IMG/VR virus record: IMGVR_UViG_3300005732_000005
Location: 32,001-96,000 of that record
Reading direction: 5' to 3' (one strand)
DNA: 64,000 nt
Source of the DNA: a virus
Shown one piece after another: positions 1 to 10,218 of this stretch. Position 1 is the stretch's first letter, and every line of letters starts with the position of its first letter. The notes below the pieces were generated by a model that was given only the letters and a program-made list of their open reading frames with translations, searched no databases and was not told the DNA's origin. The translations under genes were made by a program, and so were the position numbers.

Positions 1-69
1 AAACCTTCTTCGCAAATACTCCACCCTTCAGAATTATTAAATTCTGTAAGGAATTCTCTTAAAGTTTTC

Positions 70-1605
70 TTATTGCTCATCTTTCACCTCCACAATTTCA
101 CCTGTTTGTTTATTACGTTGAACAGTTTTAAACATATTCTTCTGAATATATTCAATCATCATATCTACTTTCTCCAAAGATGAATCCAATCTTTCAACAA
201 GTCCATCTTTCTTCAAAGATTTGTATGACTTAAGTTCATTATCTTTTAAACTAGATAATAATGCTAAGGATTCTCCAACAATTTCTTCTGACATTTCTTC
301 ATTGAATATCTGATATGGTGCTGTCAACAGATTATTATTTTCAATCTTAGAAGTATCTACTTTGAAAGATTTGCACAACTTAAAGAAGTCCATTTGGTCA
401 TCTAATGATCGTAACATGTATGCTGTTCTAAAGTAGAAATCTATATAAGTCAAAGTATCTACATCTTGCGGATCACCTTTATGGTCAGTATATTGCACTC
501 CGTAAGGAAGTAGTTCTGCAAAAATATCGATAGTTGTTTGCAAAGATTCTTTGGCCGTTTTACAAGGTTTTAATCGTTTATAAACACTGTCTGCACCAAA
601 ACCCATACCTCCGTTCAAATGACCTAATGCACTATAAAAATCTGCCCCATCTCCGACCAAAATTTGCCACAATAAACCTTTAAAACCAATAAACTTATAG
701 TCCGCAGATGTCTCTTTAGGAATAATTTCTATATCCCCTGCCGACTCATTTGTATTAGGTACGCGGAAAGGTTGTGGAAATTTAAACTTACCCTTCTTAG
801 GATGTTCCCCTGAATATGTGTCTGGATTACAAATCAACTTTGCAGAGTTATTACCATCCTTATCACTAAGGATACAAATTTTATTGAACTTACCTGTCTT
901 GTTGTAATTGATAGCACCTAACCACCCCATCATATCCACGTAGTCATCAGTCTCAATGTTTCCGTGGATAGGTGATTCAGGTGTCTCTATGGCCAACCCT
1001 TCCTCTACTGCCCACTGTCTCAATTCTTTTAGAAGAATAGGAGGAAGACTGTCTTTACGATTACCTTTGTATGGTTTGCAAAGCGGAATTAAGTTCCTGA
1101 AATTCTCACCAGAACCGATTACAGTTATGACTTTATTAAGCCCGAATTGTTGCCTTACACGTTTAAGTTTTGTATTAACTTGGATCTGTGCTTGCTTGAA
1201 ACACGCTGACTTTTCACCTTTCAACTTAGAATGCTCTTCTATTGTGAAATCTTCTAAATTGTAAGGTTCTTTACCAGAAGTTTCTCGTTCCAAATTTTTA
1301 AGCCATAACCAAGAGTCCTTTTTAATACCTTTACCTAGCCCCTTAAAAACTTTGATACCTGCTAATTCTTCTGACCAACCATCTTTGTGGATCACCTTGA
1401 TATACTTGGTCTCTTGGTTCTTAGCAGCTTGGAAATACAATGTATCTGCATCGTAGTAAGCTACACAATCATCAGTGATAATATCCTTTAGGTTATCGAT
1501 TTGCCACTCTTTGAATATTGGATTATCACTCTCGTCCCTTTCAAAAGGTTTCTCCTCCTCAACAACACTCTGCTGCGAAGGGGTAAATTTCTTTGTAAAC
1601 GCCAT
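70..1605 (-). CDS. 5'-3' exonuclease (T7 gp6 / PolI 5'-nuclease-like)
   Basis: Acidic motifs YYDADTL, NFR...YKGNRK, ETDD, SDKD and GDGAD match the FEN/5'-nuclease family; GAGGAG SD upstream. Confidence 0.8.
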   Translation of the reverse strand: MAFTKKFTPSQQSVVEEEKPFERDESDNPIFKEWQIDNLKDIITDDCVAYYDADTLYFQAAKNQETKYIKVIHKDGWSEELAGIKVFKGLGKGIKKDSWLWLKNLERETSGKEPYNLEDFTIEEHSKLKGEKSACFKQAQIQVNTKLKRVRQQFGLNKVITVIGSGENFRNLIPLCKPYKGNRKDSLPPILLKELRQWAVEEGLAIETPESPIHGNIETDDYVDMMGWLGAINYNKTGKFNKICILSDKDGNNSAKLICNPDTYSGEHPKKGKFKFPQPFRVPNTNESAGDIEIIPKETSADYKFIGFKGLLWQILVGDGADFYSALGHLNGGMGFGADSVYKRLKPCKTAKESLQTTIDIFAELLPYGVQYTDHKGDPQDVDTLTYIDFYFRTAYMLRSLDDQMDFFKLCKSFKVDTSKIENNNLLTAPYQIFNEEMSEEIVGESLALLSSLKDNELKSYKSLKKDGLVERLDSSLEKVDMMIEYIQKNMFKTVQRNKQTGEIVEVKDEQ

Positions 1606-1727
1606 CTATTCTCCTCAAAATTTCTTATCCCATAATTAATCTTACCAAAATAATCTCTTTAAAGCCAGAACTTTTTGCAAAAAGATTACTTTGAGAAGGG
1701 GAGATCATTTGTCTCCCACAGGGGTTA

Positions 1728-3182
1728 TTAGTTACTAGATTTATTACCCTTAATTACATCTTGGACAAGTTTTGTTGATAATAAGTCACTCACTTGATTG
1801 CCACCAGTATTACCACCCATAACAATGTCTGGAGTGTCAATCTTAACTTGAGGTAATACTTGTGCAATAGCTTTAGCTTCTTCAAGAGACAACTCTGCAA
1901 GATAGATCTTTTCATTAGATGACTTTGCTTCTAGCTTAGCTTTAGCAACAGCAGCCTCTGCAAAACCTTTTTCTTTAGTAGCTTTAGCTTCGTAAAGAGC
2001 GGCTTGGTAGTTAGCAGCTTGAATACCCTCGTTTGCTTCTGCGATTTGCAATTCACGTTGTTTATCAATAATTGCCAGATTAGCTACCTTTTGACGTTCT
2101 ACAGTTTCAATAGCTTCATTATCTTTTGCAATCTGTAACTCACGCTGCTTATCGATCACAGCAAGGTCTGCAACTTTCTGTCGTTCAACCTTCTCTTTAT
2201 CAGCTTGAATTTGAGCTAACTCTACTTGTTTCTGAGCTTGAATTACTTCACGGTCTTTCTCCATAAGTGCTCGGTTCTTGGCGCTGATTCGTGCTGTCTC
2301 ACCTTTAAGTTGTGCGTTTACCGCTGCTTCTCGTTCTTTCCGTTGATCAGCAATCATGTCTGCACGTTCTTTCTCTCGACGTTTAATGGTGGCTACATAC
2401 TCTTGTAAATCAGTCATCGGTGCAAACTCACCCAAATCCACTTGAGAGATAGTGATACCATATTTAGTCAAAGAGTGTGGACGACGAAGAGGAATTCCTT
2501 TATCATCAGTCTGAATCACAACTTTATACTGGAACTGTTTCGCAGTCGCATTCTGGTCACGATTACCTGTTAAAGATTGGTCTGCCACTTGATCTTCAAC
2601 TTCCACCTTCTCTCGACGAGTTTGTAACATACCATTATCAGCTTGGTCTTGTAAACGCTGCTTGAAAGCACCTTTACCACCTTGCATGAAATCTTGTGCT
2701 AAGAATTGGTCGGTTGTTAAACTAAGCATATCTTTGGCAAATGTCTGGAATGTGTTACCTTCTAGATTACGTTGAGATTTAACTTCTTGGTGCATCTGCT
2801 CAAGTTTGTCAGGTGATGTTGAAAGACGTACTCTCCAACAAGCCTCCATCAAACCACCATAGTTGTCTGCAAAAGTGACCATTAACGGAGCACGTACTGC
2901 ACTCGCTGTATTAACAATCTCTTCATCATCACTAACACAAATTGTAGAGACAGCGTTATAAGTATCTACACGAGAGAAGAATGGTACTTTAAATTTCATA
3001 CCCTCTGTTTGATGCCATTCATATTTACCATTCATTGTGTTCTGGATACGGACCATCTCACCACTACTTACTGTTGTGAAACTGCTCATGCCTGTAATAA
3101 ACAAACCTAGGCCGATAGCAACACCCGTTCCATATTTCTTGACTGTTTTCATTACATCTTGTTGCTTAACTTGTTCGTTCAT
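1728..3182 (-). CDS. SPFH/band-7 (flotillin/prohibitin-like) membrane protein
   Basis: N-terminal TM helix, GMKFKVPFFSRV motif, long Ala/Glu/Lys coiled-coil C-terminus. Confidence 0.85.
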   Translation of the reverse strand: MNEQVKQQDVMKTVKKYGTGVAIGLGLFITGMSSFTTVSSGEMVRIQNTMNGKYEWHQTEGMKFKVPFFSRVDTYNAVSTICVSDDEEIVNTASAVRAPLMVTFADNYGGLMEACWRVRLSTSPDKLEQMHQEVKSQRNLEGNTFQTFAKDMLSLTTDQFLAQDFMQGGKGAFKQRLQDQADNGMLQTRREKVEVEDQVADQSLTGNRDQNATAKQFQYKVVIQTDDKGIPLRRPHSLTKYGITISQVDLGEFAPMTDLQEYVATIKRREKERADMIADQRKEREAAVNAQLKGETARISAKNRALMEKDREVIQAQKQVELAQIQADKEKVERQKVADLAVIDKQRELQIAKDNEAIETVERQKVANLAIIDKQRELQIAEANEGIQAANYQAALYEAKATKEKGFAEAAVAKAKLEAKSSNEKIYLAELSLEEAKAIAQVLPQVKIDTPDIVMGGNTGGNQVSDLLSTKLVQDVIKGNKSSN

Positions 3183-3215
3183 ATTTATTTCTCCTCTATC
3201 TAGTTAAGAGACCCT

Positions 3216-3243
3216 ATCTTACCAGAGCCTCATTTATTGTCAA
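3216..3243 (-). promoter_or_regulatory. sigma70-type promoter for the SPFH gene
   Basis: TTGACA-N16-TAAGAT with TG extension and an AT-rich UP element. Confidence 0.6.
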
Positions 3244-3245
3244 TA

Positions 3246-3681
3246 ATTATTTATTGAAAAATTTAATCCCAACCACCTGACGAACTACTACTATCATAGC
3301 TGCTTGAAGAATCTCCCCAAGAACTTGAGCTTGAAGAAGGACTATAACTCGAAGGTGTATAAGACTCTGTAACGTGTGTTTCTACAAAATCATTTAACTT
3401 TGGCTCGTAACTAGAGTTTGAAAGTGTATAACCTCCTTTATCATCTTTATCATAACCTACTTCCTCGAAAGAATTGAAGTCTACAACATAATCTGTATCA
3501 TCCATAATCATTGACCAAAGCAACCACTGATTTAAGCTTGAATCGTACACTTCACGGTGACCGTTGTTATTAATACGACTCTTAGTAAAGTTCTTTGCCT
3601 GATACTTAGGTTTCTTTTTAAAACCGAAAATCTCTTTTAACTTTGTAAACATATACTCTCTTATTATTTATTGAAAAATTT
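3246..3681. repeat. 19-bp direct repeat ATTATTTATTGAAAAATTT flanking ORF 3263-3652
   Basis: Identical copies at 3246-3264 and 3663-3681. Confidence 0.85.
3263..3652 (-). CDS. hypothetical protein with Ser/Gly-rich C-terminal tail
   Basis: 129-aa ORF ending SSSSYDSSSSSGGWD, a tail type common in phage proteins. Confidence 0.7.
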   Translation of the reverse strand: MFTKLKEIFGFKKKPKYQAKNFTKSRINNNGHREVYDSSLNQWLLWSMIMDDTDYVVDFNSFEEVGYDKDDKGGYTLSNSSYEPKLNDFVETHVTESYTPSSYSPSSSSSSWGDSSSSYDSSSSSGGWD

Positions 3682-3764
3682 CTCTTGGCAACTCAGAACT
3701 AGATTACCAACACTCACCACTACCATTACAAATATTACAAAACTTACAATAATGTCTAGCAGCA

Positions 3765-4670
3765 TTAATAATCTACCTCAGTAGCTTCCTTCTCCAAGCT
3801 ATTCACCACTTTCAAAAGGGTTGGTAGTTGGATGATATATTGTCCCATAAAGTTTGCACTTGGAGTAGAGTCTTCATCTTGCTCAAAAGCGTGGTCTTCT
3901 TTAAACTTGATGCCTTTAATCTCAAACTTATTTGTCACCTCAAGCTCTACTACACCATCATAATCTAGCTGAAGTAATTTTACCACTTTGTTACGATTAC
4001 TGATGAACGCCAACACTTCATCATCAGCAGGGTATTCCTTCTTAACACTGATTGTCACTGACTTAGGACTCTTCTCAAACTCACTTTTATCACCAAGGGA
4101 TACCTTCTCCACAAGCATAAATGGATCAGGAAGATGCTTACTTTCGTTGATGATATAGTTTGTCAAAAGCTTCTCTAAAATAGGTGCTTCAAACTCTACA
4201 GGAAGAACATTCTCATAATCACCTTCCATTGCACCAAGAATATAACTCATAACATTATCGACTTTCTTAACACCACCTTCTACCAACAACTTGCTTGTCT
4301 GGTTATCCAGAACAACTAAACTCTGTTGGATAGGTTTGAATCCTTGATAAGGGAGATATTCTTCTCGAAGTTGTAGAATCTTCTCATCAAGTTCCTCATC
4401 TGTATAAGTGTCACCTTCTTTAACTTCACTCTCTAGTTGAGATTTAGCTTCCTGTTCAAGCTGTGTTAGGTCAGGTTCTTTTCGTTCCTGATAAGCCACT
4501 TTGATTAAATCAAAACGGTCAACCTTCTGAACAAAAGTATCATCGAACAAAGGAACAAAACCTAACATAGAGACTTGATTGTTCGTCATTTGACGAAAAT
4601 GGTGTTGTTCGATAAAATCTTGGTTGAAAGATGCTTTGCCTTCGAATTTGAATGTTGTGATTTGCTTCAT
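3765..4670 (-). CDS. rdgC: recombination-associated protein RdgC-like
   Basis: ~300 aa; SMLGFVP motif, V..LQLDYDG..ELEVT....IKGIKF C-terminal pattern as in RdgC. Confidence 0.65.
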   Translation of the reverse strand: MKQITTFKFEGKASFNQDFIEQHHFRQMTNNQVSMLGFVPLFDDTFVQKVDRFDLIKVAYQERKEPDLTQLEQEAKSQLESEVKEGDTYTDEELDEKILQLREEYLPYQGFKPIQQSLVVLDNQTSKLLVEGGVKKVDNVMSYILGAMEGDYENVLPVEFEAPILEKLLTNYIINESKHLPDPFMLVEKVSLGDKSEFEKSPKSVTISVKKEYPADDEVLAFISNRNKVVKLLQLDYDGVVELEVTNKFEIKGIKFKEDHAFEQDEDSTPSANFMGQYIIQLPTLLKVVNSLEKEATEVDY

Positions 4671-4695
4671 ACTACCATTTCTCCTTATATTAATT

Positions 4696-4917
4696 TTAAA
4701 CGTCTGAGGTAACTTTTGCGATTGTAAGTAAAATGATACCTACAACAGTCTGCAATAACCAATAACCTGCATTAGGTAATACAATCTCAAAGAAACCTTG
4801 TTCTGTCTTCACCATTTCGTAGATACTGTAACCTACCCAAATAACAGTGCTTGTTGTTGCTAATAGCCCACCTAATACTAAACTGATGCTTGCAATTAAA
4901 ACTCTTAACACTTCCAT
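4696..4917 (-). CDS. small membrane protein (2 TM)
   Basis: Two hydrophobic segments; AGGAG SD. Confidence 0.7.
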   Translation of the reverse strand: MEVLRVLIASISLVLGGLLATTSTVIWVGYSIYEMVKTEQGFFEIVLPNAGYWLLQTVVGIILLTIAKVTSDV

Positions 4918-4933
4918 AATCTTTCTCCTTATA

Positions 4934-5122
4934 TTAATCTTCTAATAAACCTGAATCTACTAAAGCAACTATCATAGCCGTCATTGCAGCAATATTATCA
5001 TTCTCTTCGGGTGTGGTCAAATACTTTGTAAACTCTTTACGTAAATATTCATACTTCTGCTGCACAGATTCATCTTGCTCAGACATAATACCTTTAGCCA
5101 TAAGTGCGTACATTTCAATCAT
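4934..5122 (-). CDS. hypothetical protein
   Basis: 62-aa ORF with AGGAG SD downstream of a promoter. Confidence 0.65.
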   Translation of the reverse strand: MIEMYALMAKGIMSEQDESVQQKYEYLRKEFTKYLTTPEENDNIAAMTAMIVALVDSGLLED

Positions 5123-5154
5123 ATTGTTTCTCCTTTGTTGTTAAGATAGCGCCC

Positions 5155-5182
5155 ATTTTACAGGACGCTGATTGTTTGTCAA
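5155..5182 (-). promoter_or_regulatory. sigma70-type promoter
   Basis: TTGACA-N16-TAAAAT. Confidence 0.55.
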
Positions 5183-5185
5183 GGG

Positions 5186-6157
5186 TTATTTTGTTACATT
5201 TCTAAAATAATTCTTACGGTCTTCAACTGTGTTTAAGTTGCCACCTTTACGTTGAACCTTACCACAATCTCCACATCTCACTGCCTCAAACACACTTACA
5301 TCAGTATAAGCACGTTCAGTAAGGTCTTCTAAATCTTCACTACCACATACACGGCACGAGGGTTTATCAGAATCTTTATACAAAGAGACATTGGGATGAC
5401 TAGGAATCCATGTACGAATCTTTTTGTAAAGTTCCATACAAGTAGGTATATCCCCTTCATTATACTCATACATAAGATTAAAGGCATCTTTATCGCCATG
5501 CATACAACGTATCCAAAGGTCAATACCATCGTGCTTACGTTTCATATAATCTACTTCAAAGTAACGTGTTGCATAGTCTAAACTATTTGAGGGTAAGCTA
5601 AAAGCTTTCTTCAAACCTTTTGCTGTGCAGATTAACTTATACGGACTTGTTTCAGGGAATCCGTGAAAGGCACATCTCTGGGCAAACCAACCTTGGTCAA
5701 ATTTGGAATTATGTGCAATGGCAATATTACACTCATCCAACACTTTCCACAAAGCTTCTACTAAGAAATAGTCATCAGTGTGGTCATTGTCAAAATGTTC
5801 TTCATAGTCTGTCAGTTTTGCACCAAATACATTATCAGGGTCGCTCATCCAAGCTGCAGCCCATGTAAGCATATAAGGTCGTTGGATAACGTGATCAGGT
5901 GAACTAAAGTGTTTGAACATACTAAACGCTGCTACAATACTTGCACTAACCTCACAATCAAACACTACAATTTTTAAATCTTCTTGATTCTTCTCTGTCT
6001 TAAGAATATTTCCTTTCTTAATATTGTATCGAATAGTGGACTCTTTGGTTCTAGAGCCTAATACTTCTTCCGCAGCATCTCGATGACTACCACCTTTGTT
6101 AAGAATATACTCAATTGCCTCAATCATTTCTTGTGATAAAACTGTTTTTCTTCCCAT
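5186..6157 (-). CDS. RNase H-like (DEDD) 3'-5' exonuclease with N-terminal HTH and C-terminal Zn ribbon
   Basis: VFDCE, AHNSKFD and YNEGD exonuclease motifs; CRVC...CGDC; start moved to ATG 6157 behind GAGGAG. Confidence 0.8.
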   Translation of the reverse strand: MGRKTVLSQEMIEAIEYILNKGGSHRDAAEEVLGSRTKESTIRYNIKKGNILKTEKNQEDLKIVVFDCEVSASIVAAFSMFKHFSSPDHVIQRPYMLTWAAAWMSDPDNVFGAKLTDYEEHFDNDHTDDYFLVEALWKVLDECNIAIAHNSKFDQGWFAQRCAFHGFPETSPYKLICTAKGLKKAFSLPSNSLDYATRYFEVDYMKRKHDGIDLWIRCMHGDKDAFNLMYEYNEGDIPTCMELYKKIRTWIPSHPNVSLYKDSDKPSCRVCGSEDLEDLTERAYTDVSVFEAVRCGDCGKVQRKGGNLNTVEDRKNYFRNVTK

Positions 6158-6168
6158 TTTATTCTCCT

Positions 6169-6483
6169 CTACCAAATATTCTGCATACCGATTAATCTTG
6201 CTTTAGTTCCTGATAATTTCTCGAACTGTTCAGCCTTCTTTTTAATATCTTGTAACCATTCTTCAAAACCTTCCGAGGCTACAACAACATCTGCAACTTT
6301 AAAACCTACCGTACAGTTTGAAACATCTGCATCATACCAAGGACTCATTGTTTCTAGGTCATACTGATCCAACCACTCCCACATACAGAAATGTTCATCT
6401 TCTAATTCATCTTCTGGAATATCGAAATCACACTCACCAAATTCCGCACCCACAATCATATTACCTGAATAATCAATACCCAT
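6169..6483 (-). CDS. hypothetical protein
   Basis: 104-aa acidic ORF in the minus-strand operon. Confidence 0.65.
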   Translation of the reverse strand: MGIDYSGNMIVGAEFGECDFDIPEDELEDEHFCMWEWLDQYDLETMSPWYDADVSNCTVGFKVADVVVASEGFEEWLQDIKKKAEQFEKLSGTKARLIGMQNIW

Positions 6484-6658
6484 TACCTATTAATAAGTAA
6501 CAGGTTAAAAGTGTAAGTAATAATCCTGTTGTCAATGTATTATATACGCTTTTCACGGAACAGCTTTTATAAATGTTCACTTTCTATTCTCCTTCTTCCA
6601 CTCATCAATCATTTTTCTTAAATTAACCCTTAAGATTTCAAAATCTTTTTCTGTCCAA

Positions 6659-6841
6659 CTAGAATCTTTGCTTGGCATAAGAATACCTCTCTAAATCATT
6701 AGTAAGTTGTTCGGAAAGTGATTTTACTACAGATTCAATATCTACGTCAATAGCATTCCTCTTGCCAAGAGAAATCCCCTTTAGGACAGCTTGTTCCATT
6801 ACGTAGAGTATTGTATCTTTAGTTGCTGTGATTTGTTTCAT
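6659..6841 (-). CDS. hypothetical protein
   Basis: ATGA-coupled to the upstream gene. Confidence 0.6.
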   Translation of the reverse strand: MKQITATKDTILYVMEQAVLKGISLGKRNAIDVDIESVVKSLSEQLTNDLERYSYAKQRF

Positions 6842-7215
6842 AATAAATAATCCTCACAATCAAAATAGGTTATCTTCTTACCAATACGTTCGGCATGTTT
6901 AATTTCATCTTGGATACCTGTAGATTTAGTCCAGCACCCACCATAACTGTCACTCATCTTCAGAACATACACTTCCGAACAATGGTCTATTGCATTACGG
7001 TCAATCTTTTTCCAGAAATCATATTCCTTAGGTAAGCCATACTTACGAGAAATCTCGTGACAATGTAATATTGGTGAATAAACATACTTTCCCTCAAGTA
7101 ACCATTCGTGAACACGTTTCATTGTGTAATCAACTCTTTCGTCAAGAACGTTATCTTGTTCACGAGGATCTAGTTTGGAAATACCGTTGCTGTAAAGTGA
7201 ACATACGTAAATCAT
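6838..7215 (-). CDS. DUF1937 / nucleoside deoxyribosyltransferase-like fold protein
   Basis: MIYVCSLYS, YSPILHCH, W..STG...EI..A...GK pattern. Confidence 0.7.
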   Translation of the reverse strand: MIYVCSLYSNGISKLDPREQDNVLDERVDYTMKRVHEWLLEGKYVYSPILHCHEISRKYGLPKEYDFWKKIDRNAIDHCSEVYVLKMSDSYGGCWTKSTGIQDEIKHAERIGKKITYFDCEDYLL

Positions 7216-7484
7216 TTATTATCCTCCAAACAATTGATATAAGGCCAAACCTCATCACCATACACAAACTCCATCAAAGCTTCATATGCATAGCGTGTAT
7301 CAATCTCTAGGACATCTTCTCCCTCTTGTAAGAATGTCTCTGCCAAATCAACTAAGCCTTGTATGCCAGAACAATTTATTGAACAAACAACCTTTGGACG
7401 TAAAGGTATTTTCTCTTGTTCACGTTTATTTTCTGCAAGTTTATATAACTCTTCTGAAGTATATTCTTCAATAGGTTTACTCAT
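7212..7484 (-). CDS. hypothetical protein
   Basis: ATGA-coupled ORF. Confidence 0.65.
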   Translation of the reverse strand: MSKPIEEYTSEELYKLAENKREQEKIPLRPKVVCSINCSGIQGLVDLAETFLQEGEDVLEIDTRYAYEALMEFVYGDEVWPYINCLEDNK

Positions 7485-8245
7485 CGGTTAAATACCTCCA
7501 CTTGTTTATCAACATAATATTTACATTTAGTAGCATCATACTCAAAAGTGTTACCTTCCTTTCCACCGCCTTGTGTCATATCGAACATACGTTTTTGGGC
7601 TTTAAATATGTTGGTGAAGTTAAAATCGTTTTGGAATAAAACTTCTGCCAAATCCTCCAACATTATTTTACCATTTAATTTATGCTTTTCCATAAGCCAT
7701 TCAGGTAATACCACATCGTAATATTTACTTTCCCCGCCATCACTTTTCACAGGAGATTTCTCTTTTTCTCTCTTAATCTTCACACACTCCTCCAAACTCT
7801 CTTTCAACTCTTCATACAAATCTCGATCACCATCTTTAGAATGACAACTATTTTGCACAGAGGCGATCATCTCTTCATCATAATATTCTTCCAACAAACC
7901 ACGATAATAGTTAGCAACACCCTTATCTGGCAACAAGTCCATTTTATCAAGATTCAAGCTTACATAAAGTTTCTCTTTCTTCCAATTCTCAGATGGACGT
8001 TTCCGAGAAGGGTTATTTGGAACAACAGGATCTTTCTTGATGTAGAACCAGTTTTTATATGTATCAACACAAAAATTATGTATAGCAAATCTATCATCTT
8101 TTATAGAGAAGAATCCATCACATACATAAATATCTTGGAAAGTAGAATACTCTTCACCTTTGGTGCAAAACCTTACACCACTTTCTTCCATAAAACCATC
8201 TCTCCAAGCAACCAACACTTTCCCAACTAAATCTTCCGCTTTCAT
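7481..8245 (-). CDS. hypothetical phage protein (C-terminal KSDGG..YY domain)
   Basis: 254-aa ORF with AGGAGG SD. Confidence 0.7.
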   Translation of the reverse strand: MKAEDLVGKVLVAWRDGFMEESGVRFCTKGEEYSTFQDIYVCDGFFSIKDDRFAIHNFCVDTYKNWFYIKKDPVVPNNPSRKRPSENWKKEKLYVSLNLDKMDLLPDKGVANYYRGLLEEYYDEEMIASVQNSCHSKDGDRDLYEELKESLEECVKIKREKEKSPVKSDGGESKYYDVVLPEWLMEKHKLNGKIMLEDLAEVLFQNDFNFTNIFKAQKRMFDMTQGGGKEGNTFEYDATKCKYYVDKQVEVFNR

Positions 8246-8259
8246 AATTTCCTCCTATT

Positions 8260-9618
8260 CTAAACTTTCACTTTAATTCTTTGTTTATCTAAAATGTCTT
8301 CGTAACAATCACATTGTTCAGGTAGTTTATCATAACGAGGACGTTTGTAAATAGGTAAGAACAAGCTTTGTTGTTTAGTTCTCTTATCTTCTGTAATAGA
8401 GTCATACTCGACCTCAATAACTGGAGGAGGATTATCTAAATACTCTTTACGTTCCTCATCACTAAAACCACTGCCCACATTCACCTTGATACGTCCACAG
8501 GTCGATTCGCAATGAAATCCTCCTAACAAACCTTCATACTTTGAACCTACTTCTGCAGGATATGTTCCTACCACTTTTAAGTCGCAAGGCTCCTTTCTCT
8601 TAACCTTGATACAGTAAGTTGGTTTACCATTATCTTTCCAAGTGGCATCCATATCCTTTACAATAGCCCCTTCAAAACCATCACGCACATAACCTTCAAA
8701 GATTTCAAAAGCTTCTTCTACAGAGACATTCTCTTTACGAGGAATAAGTAGAATACGATTACGAACACCATTCTCAACACACCAACCGTTGTACTCCGCT
8801 ACCATAAGCTCTAAGAGTTCTCTTCGTTCTATATTGGTAAATGGGTATTCTCCTTTTGGTTCGTAGTAACTTGTATCGATACAATCCCAAACTTGATAAT
8901 ATACGTTATCTAAATGTTCTTGAGAAGCTGTTCCTTTCACAATACGTGTAATATGGCCATTACCTTCTTCACGAGTAGCCTTTGTTGGATCATAAATTAA
9001 TTCACCTTCTAATGCAAACCCATTAAAAGCTCCTGAAGATAAATGTTCTTGTAAAGAGTTAATCTCCAAAGGATTACCATTACGGGACATCATAGTAGTA
9101 TCTTCACCACAAACACTTCCCGCATAAGAACCATCTGACTTAAGTTCAATTGCAAGATTTTTAATGGTTTCCATTTTCTTCAGGGACTTCTCATTCATAG
9201 AACAAGCACCCATTCTGGGCGGCTTAACAATAAGATTCTTCCAAACTTTGTTAATTGTAGAAGCACCAATACCACACTTAAGATCTTTCTGGATAATACG
9301 GTAAACTACTTCCGCAATCTCGTGGTCACAACAAGAAAGGATACCATTAATCAGATAGTCAATAGCTTTGTGACCAGTTATTTCTCTTGAAGATAGTTTA
9401 TTTAGTTTCTGAAAAATAACTTCCCAATTAGGTTCTACCTTTTCGGTATGTTGCCAGCCATCAGGAACTTTCTTAATATAGAACTGCACTGTAGGTGAGT
9501 ACGCTAAACGACAAACTTCTTTCAGATATCCATTACTTTTCTGAGACATTAGAATCTCTAGCTTTTCATTACCTTTTGCCTGTTCGATCTGATTTAATAC
9601 TTTTAAAACTTTACTCAT
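8260..9618 (-). CDS. lig: ATP-dependent DNA ligase
   Basis: Motif I ELKSDG, motif III LEGEL, motif IV EGAIVK, motif V KVK, OB-fold VGSGFSDEER. Confidence 0.95.
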   Translation of the reverse strand: MSKVLKVLNQIEQAKGNEKLEILMSQKSNGYLKEVCRLAYSPTVQFYIKKVPDGWQHTEKVEPNWEVIFQKLNKLSSREITGHKAIDYLINGILSCCDHEIAEVVYRIIQKDLKCGIGASTINKVWKNLIVKPPRMGACSMNEKSLKKMETIKNLAIELKSDGSYAGSVCGEDTTMMSRNGNPLEINSLQEHLSSGAFNGFALEGELIYDPTKATREEGNGHITRIVKGTASQEHLDNVYYQVWDCIDTSYYEPKGEYPFTNIERRELLELMVAEYNGWCVENGVRNRILLIPRKENVSVEEAFEIFEGYVRDGFEGAIVKDMDATWKDNGKPTYCIKVKRKEPCDLKVVGTYPAEVGSKYEGLLGGFHCESTCGRIKVNVGSGFSDEERKEYLDNPPPVIEVEYDSITEDKRTKQQSLFLPIYKRPRYDKLPEQCDCYEDILDKQRIKVKV

Positions 9619-10082
9619 AATAATCCTTTCTCCTCTAATTTTAAAATTGCCGTCATTAAACTATGTGCCTGAGAATTTGTCTTGGAGATTAAATCTTTCT
9701 TGTGTTTCACAAGTTGAAGATCTTTCTCCACAAGTTTCTGTTCGGCAAGAATACTATTCAAAGAGTCAGTTAATTTGTTTGTCAAAAGTTCCAGTTCTTC
9801 TGTTAAAGGGTTTGATTCTTTCTCTCCATCATCCAGATAACTTGCAGCAATGTATAATGTGCCGATACCTTTCTTTTTGATAGGAATACTGTAGACAAAA
9901 TCCCCCTTCTTGATAAGGTTACCACTTACGTCGCAAGTTTTACTTTCCTTTGACATAAATACGCTTTTCTTCAAGGCACGTCTAAACTCACGACCATCCT
10001 CTACTTTGAAAGTGATGTAATCTCCTTCAGGTAAGTACTCTCGTGTAATAATATCTGTAATAGGACTTAAATTATGACTCAC
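9615..10082 (-). CDS. hypothetical protein with C-terminal coiled coil
   Basis: 155-aa ORF, GTG start with GGAGGAG SD, coupled to the ligase gene. Confidence 0.65.
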   Translation of the reverse strand: MSHNLSPITDIITREYLPEGDYITFKVEDGREFRRALKKSVFMSKESKTCDVSGNLIKKGDFVYSIPIKKKGIGTLYIAASYLDDGEKESNPLTEELELLTNKLTDSLNSILAEQKLVEKDLQLVKHKKDLISKTNSQAHSLMTAILKLEEKGLL

Positions 10083-10218
10083 TTATCTCTCCTCCCAATT
10101 ATACATTTCAATCTTATCACTGGCATAATCACCAAACAAATACTCTGAAAAAGTTAAGTCTTCTCCGTAGTCATTATCTTTCTCTAGGTTATATTCCTCT
10201 AACATCGTTATTCTCCTA

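Noticed and set aside
6510-6535. TTGACA...TACACT promoter candidate
   Set aside because: Spacer is only 14 nt, so it was not called.
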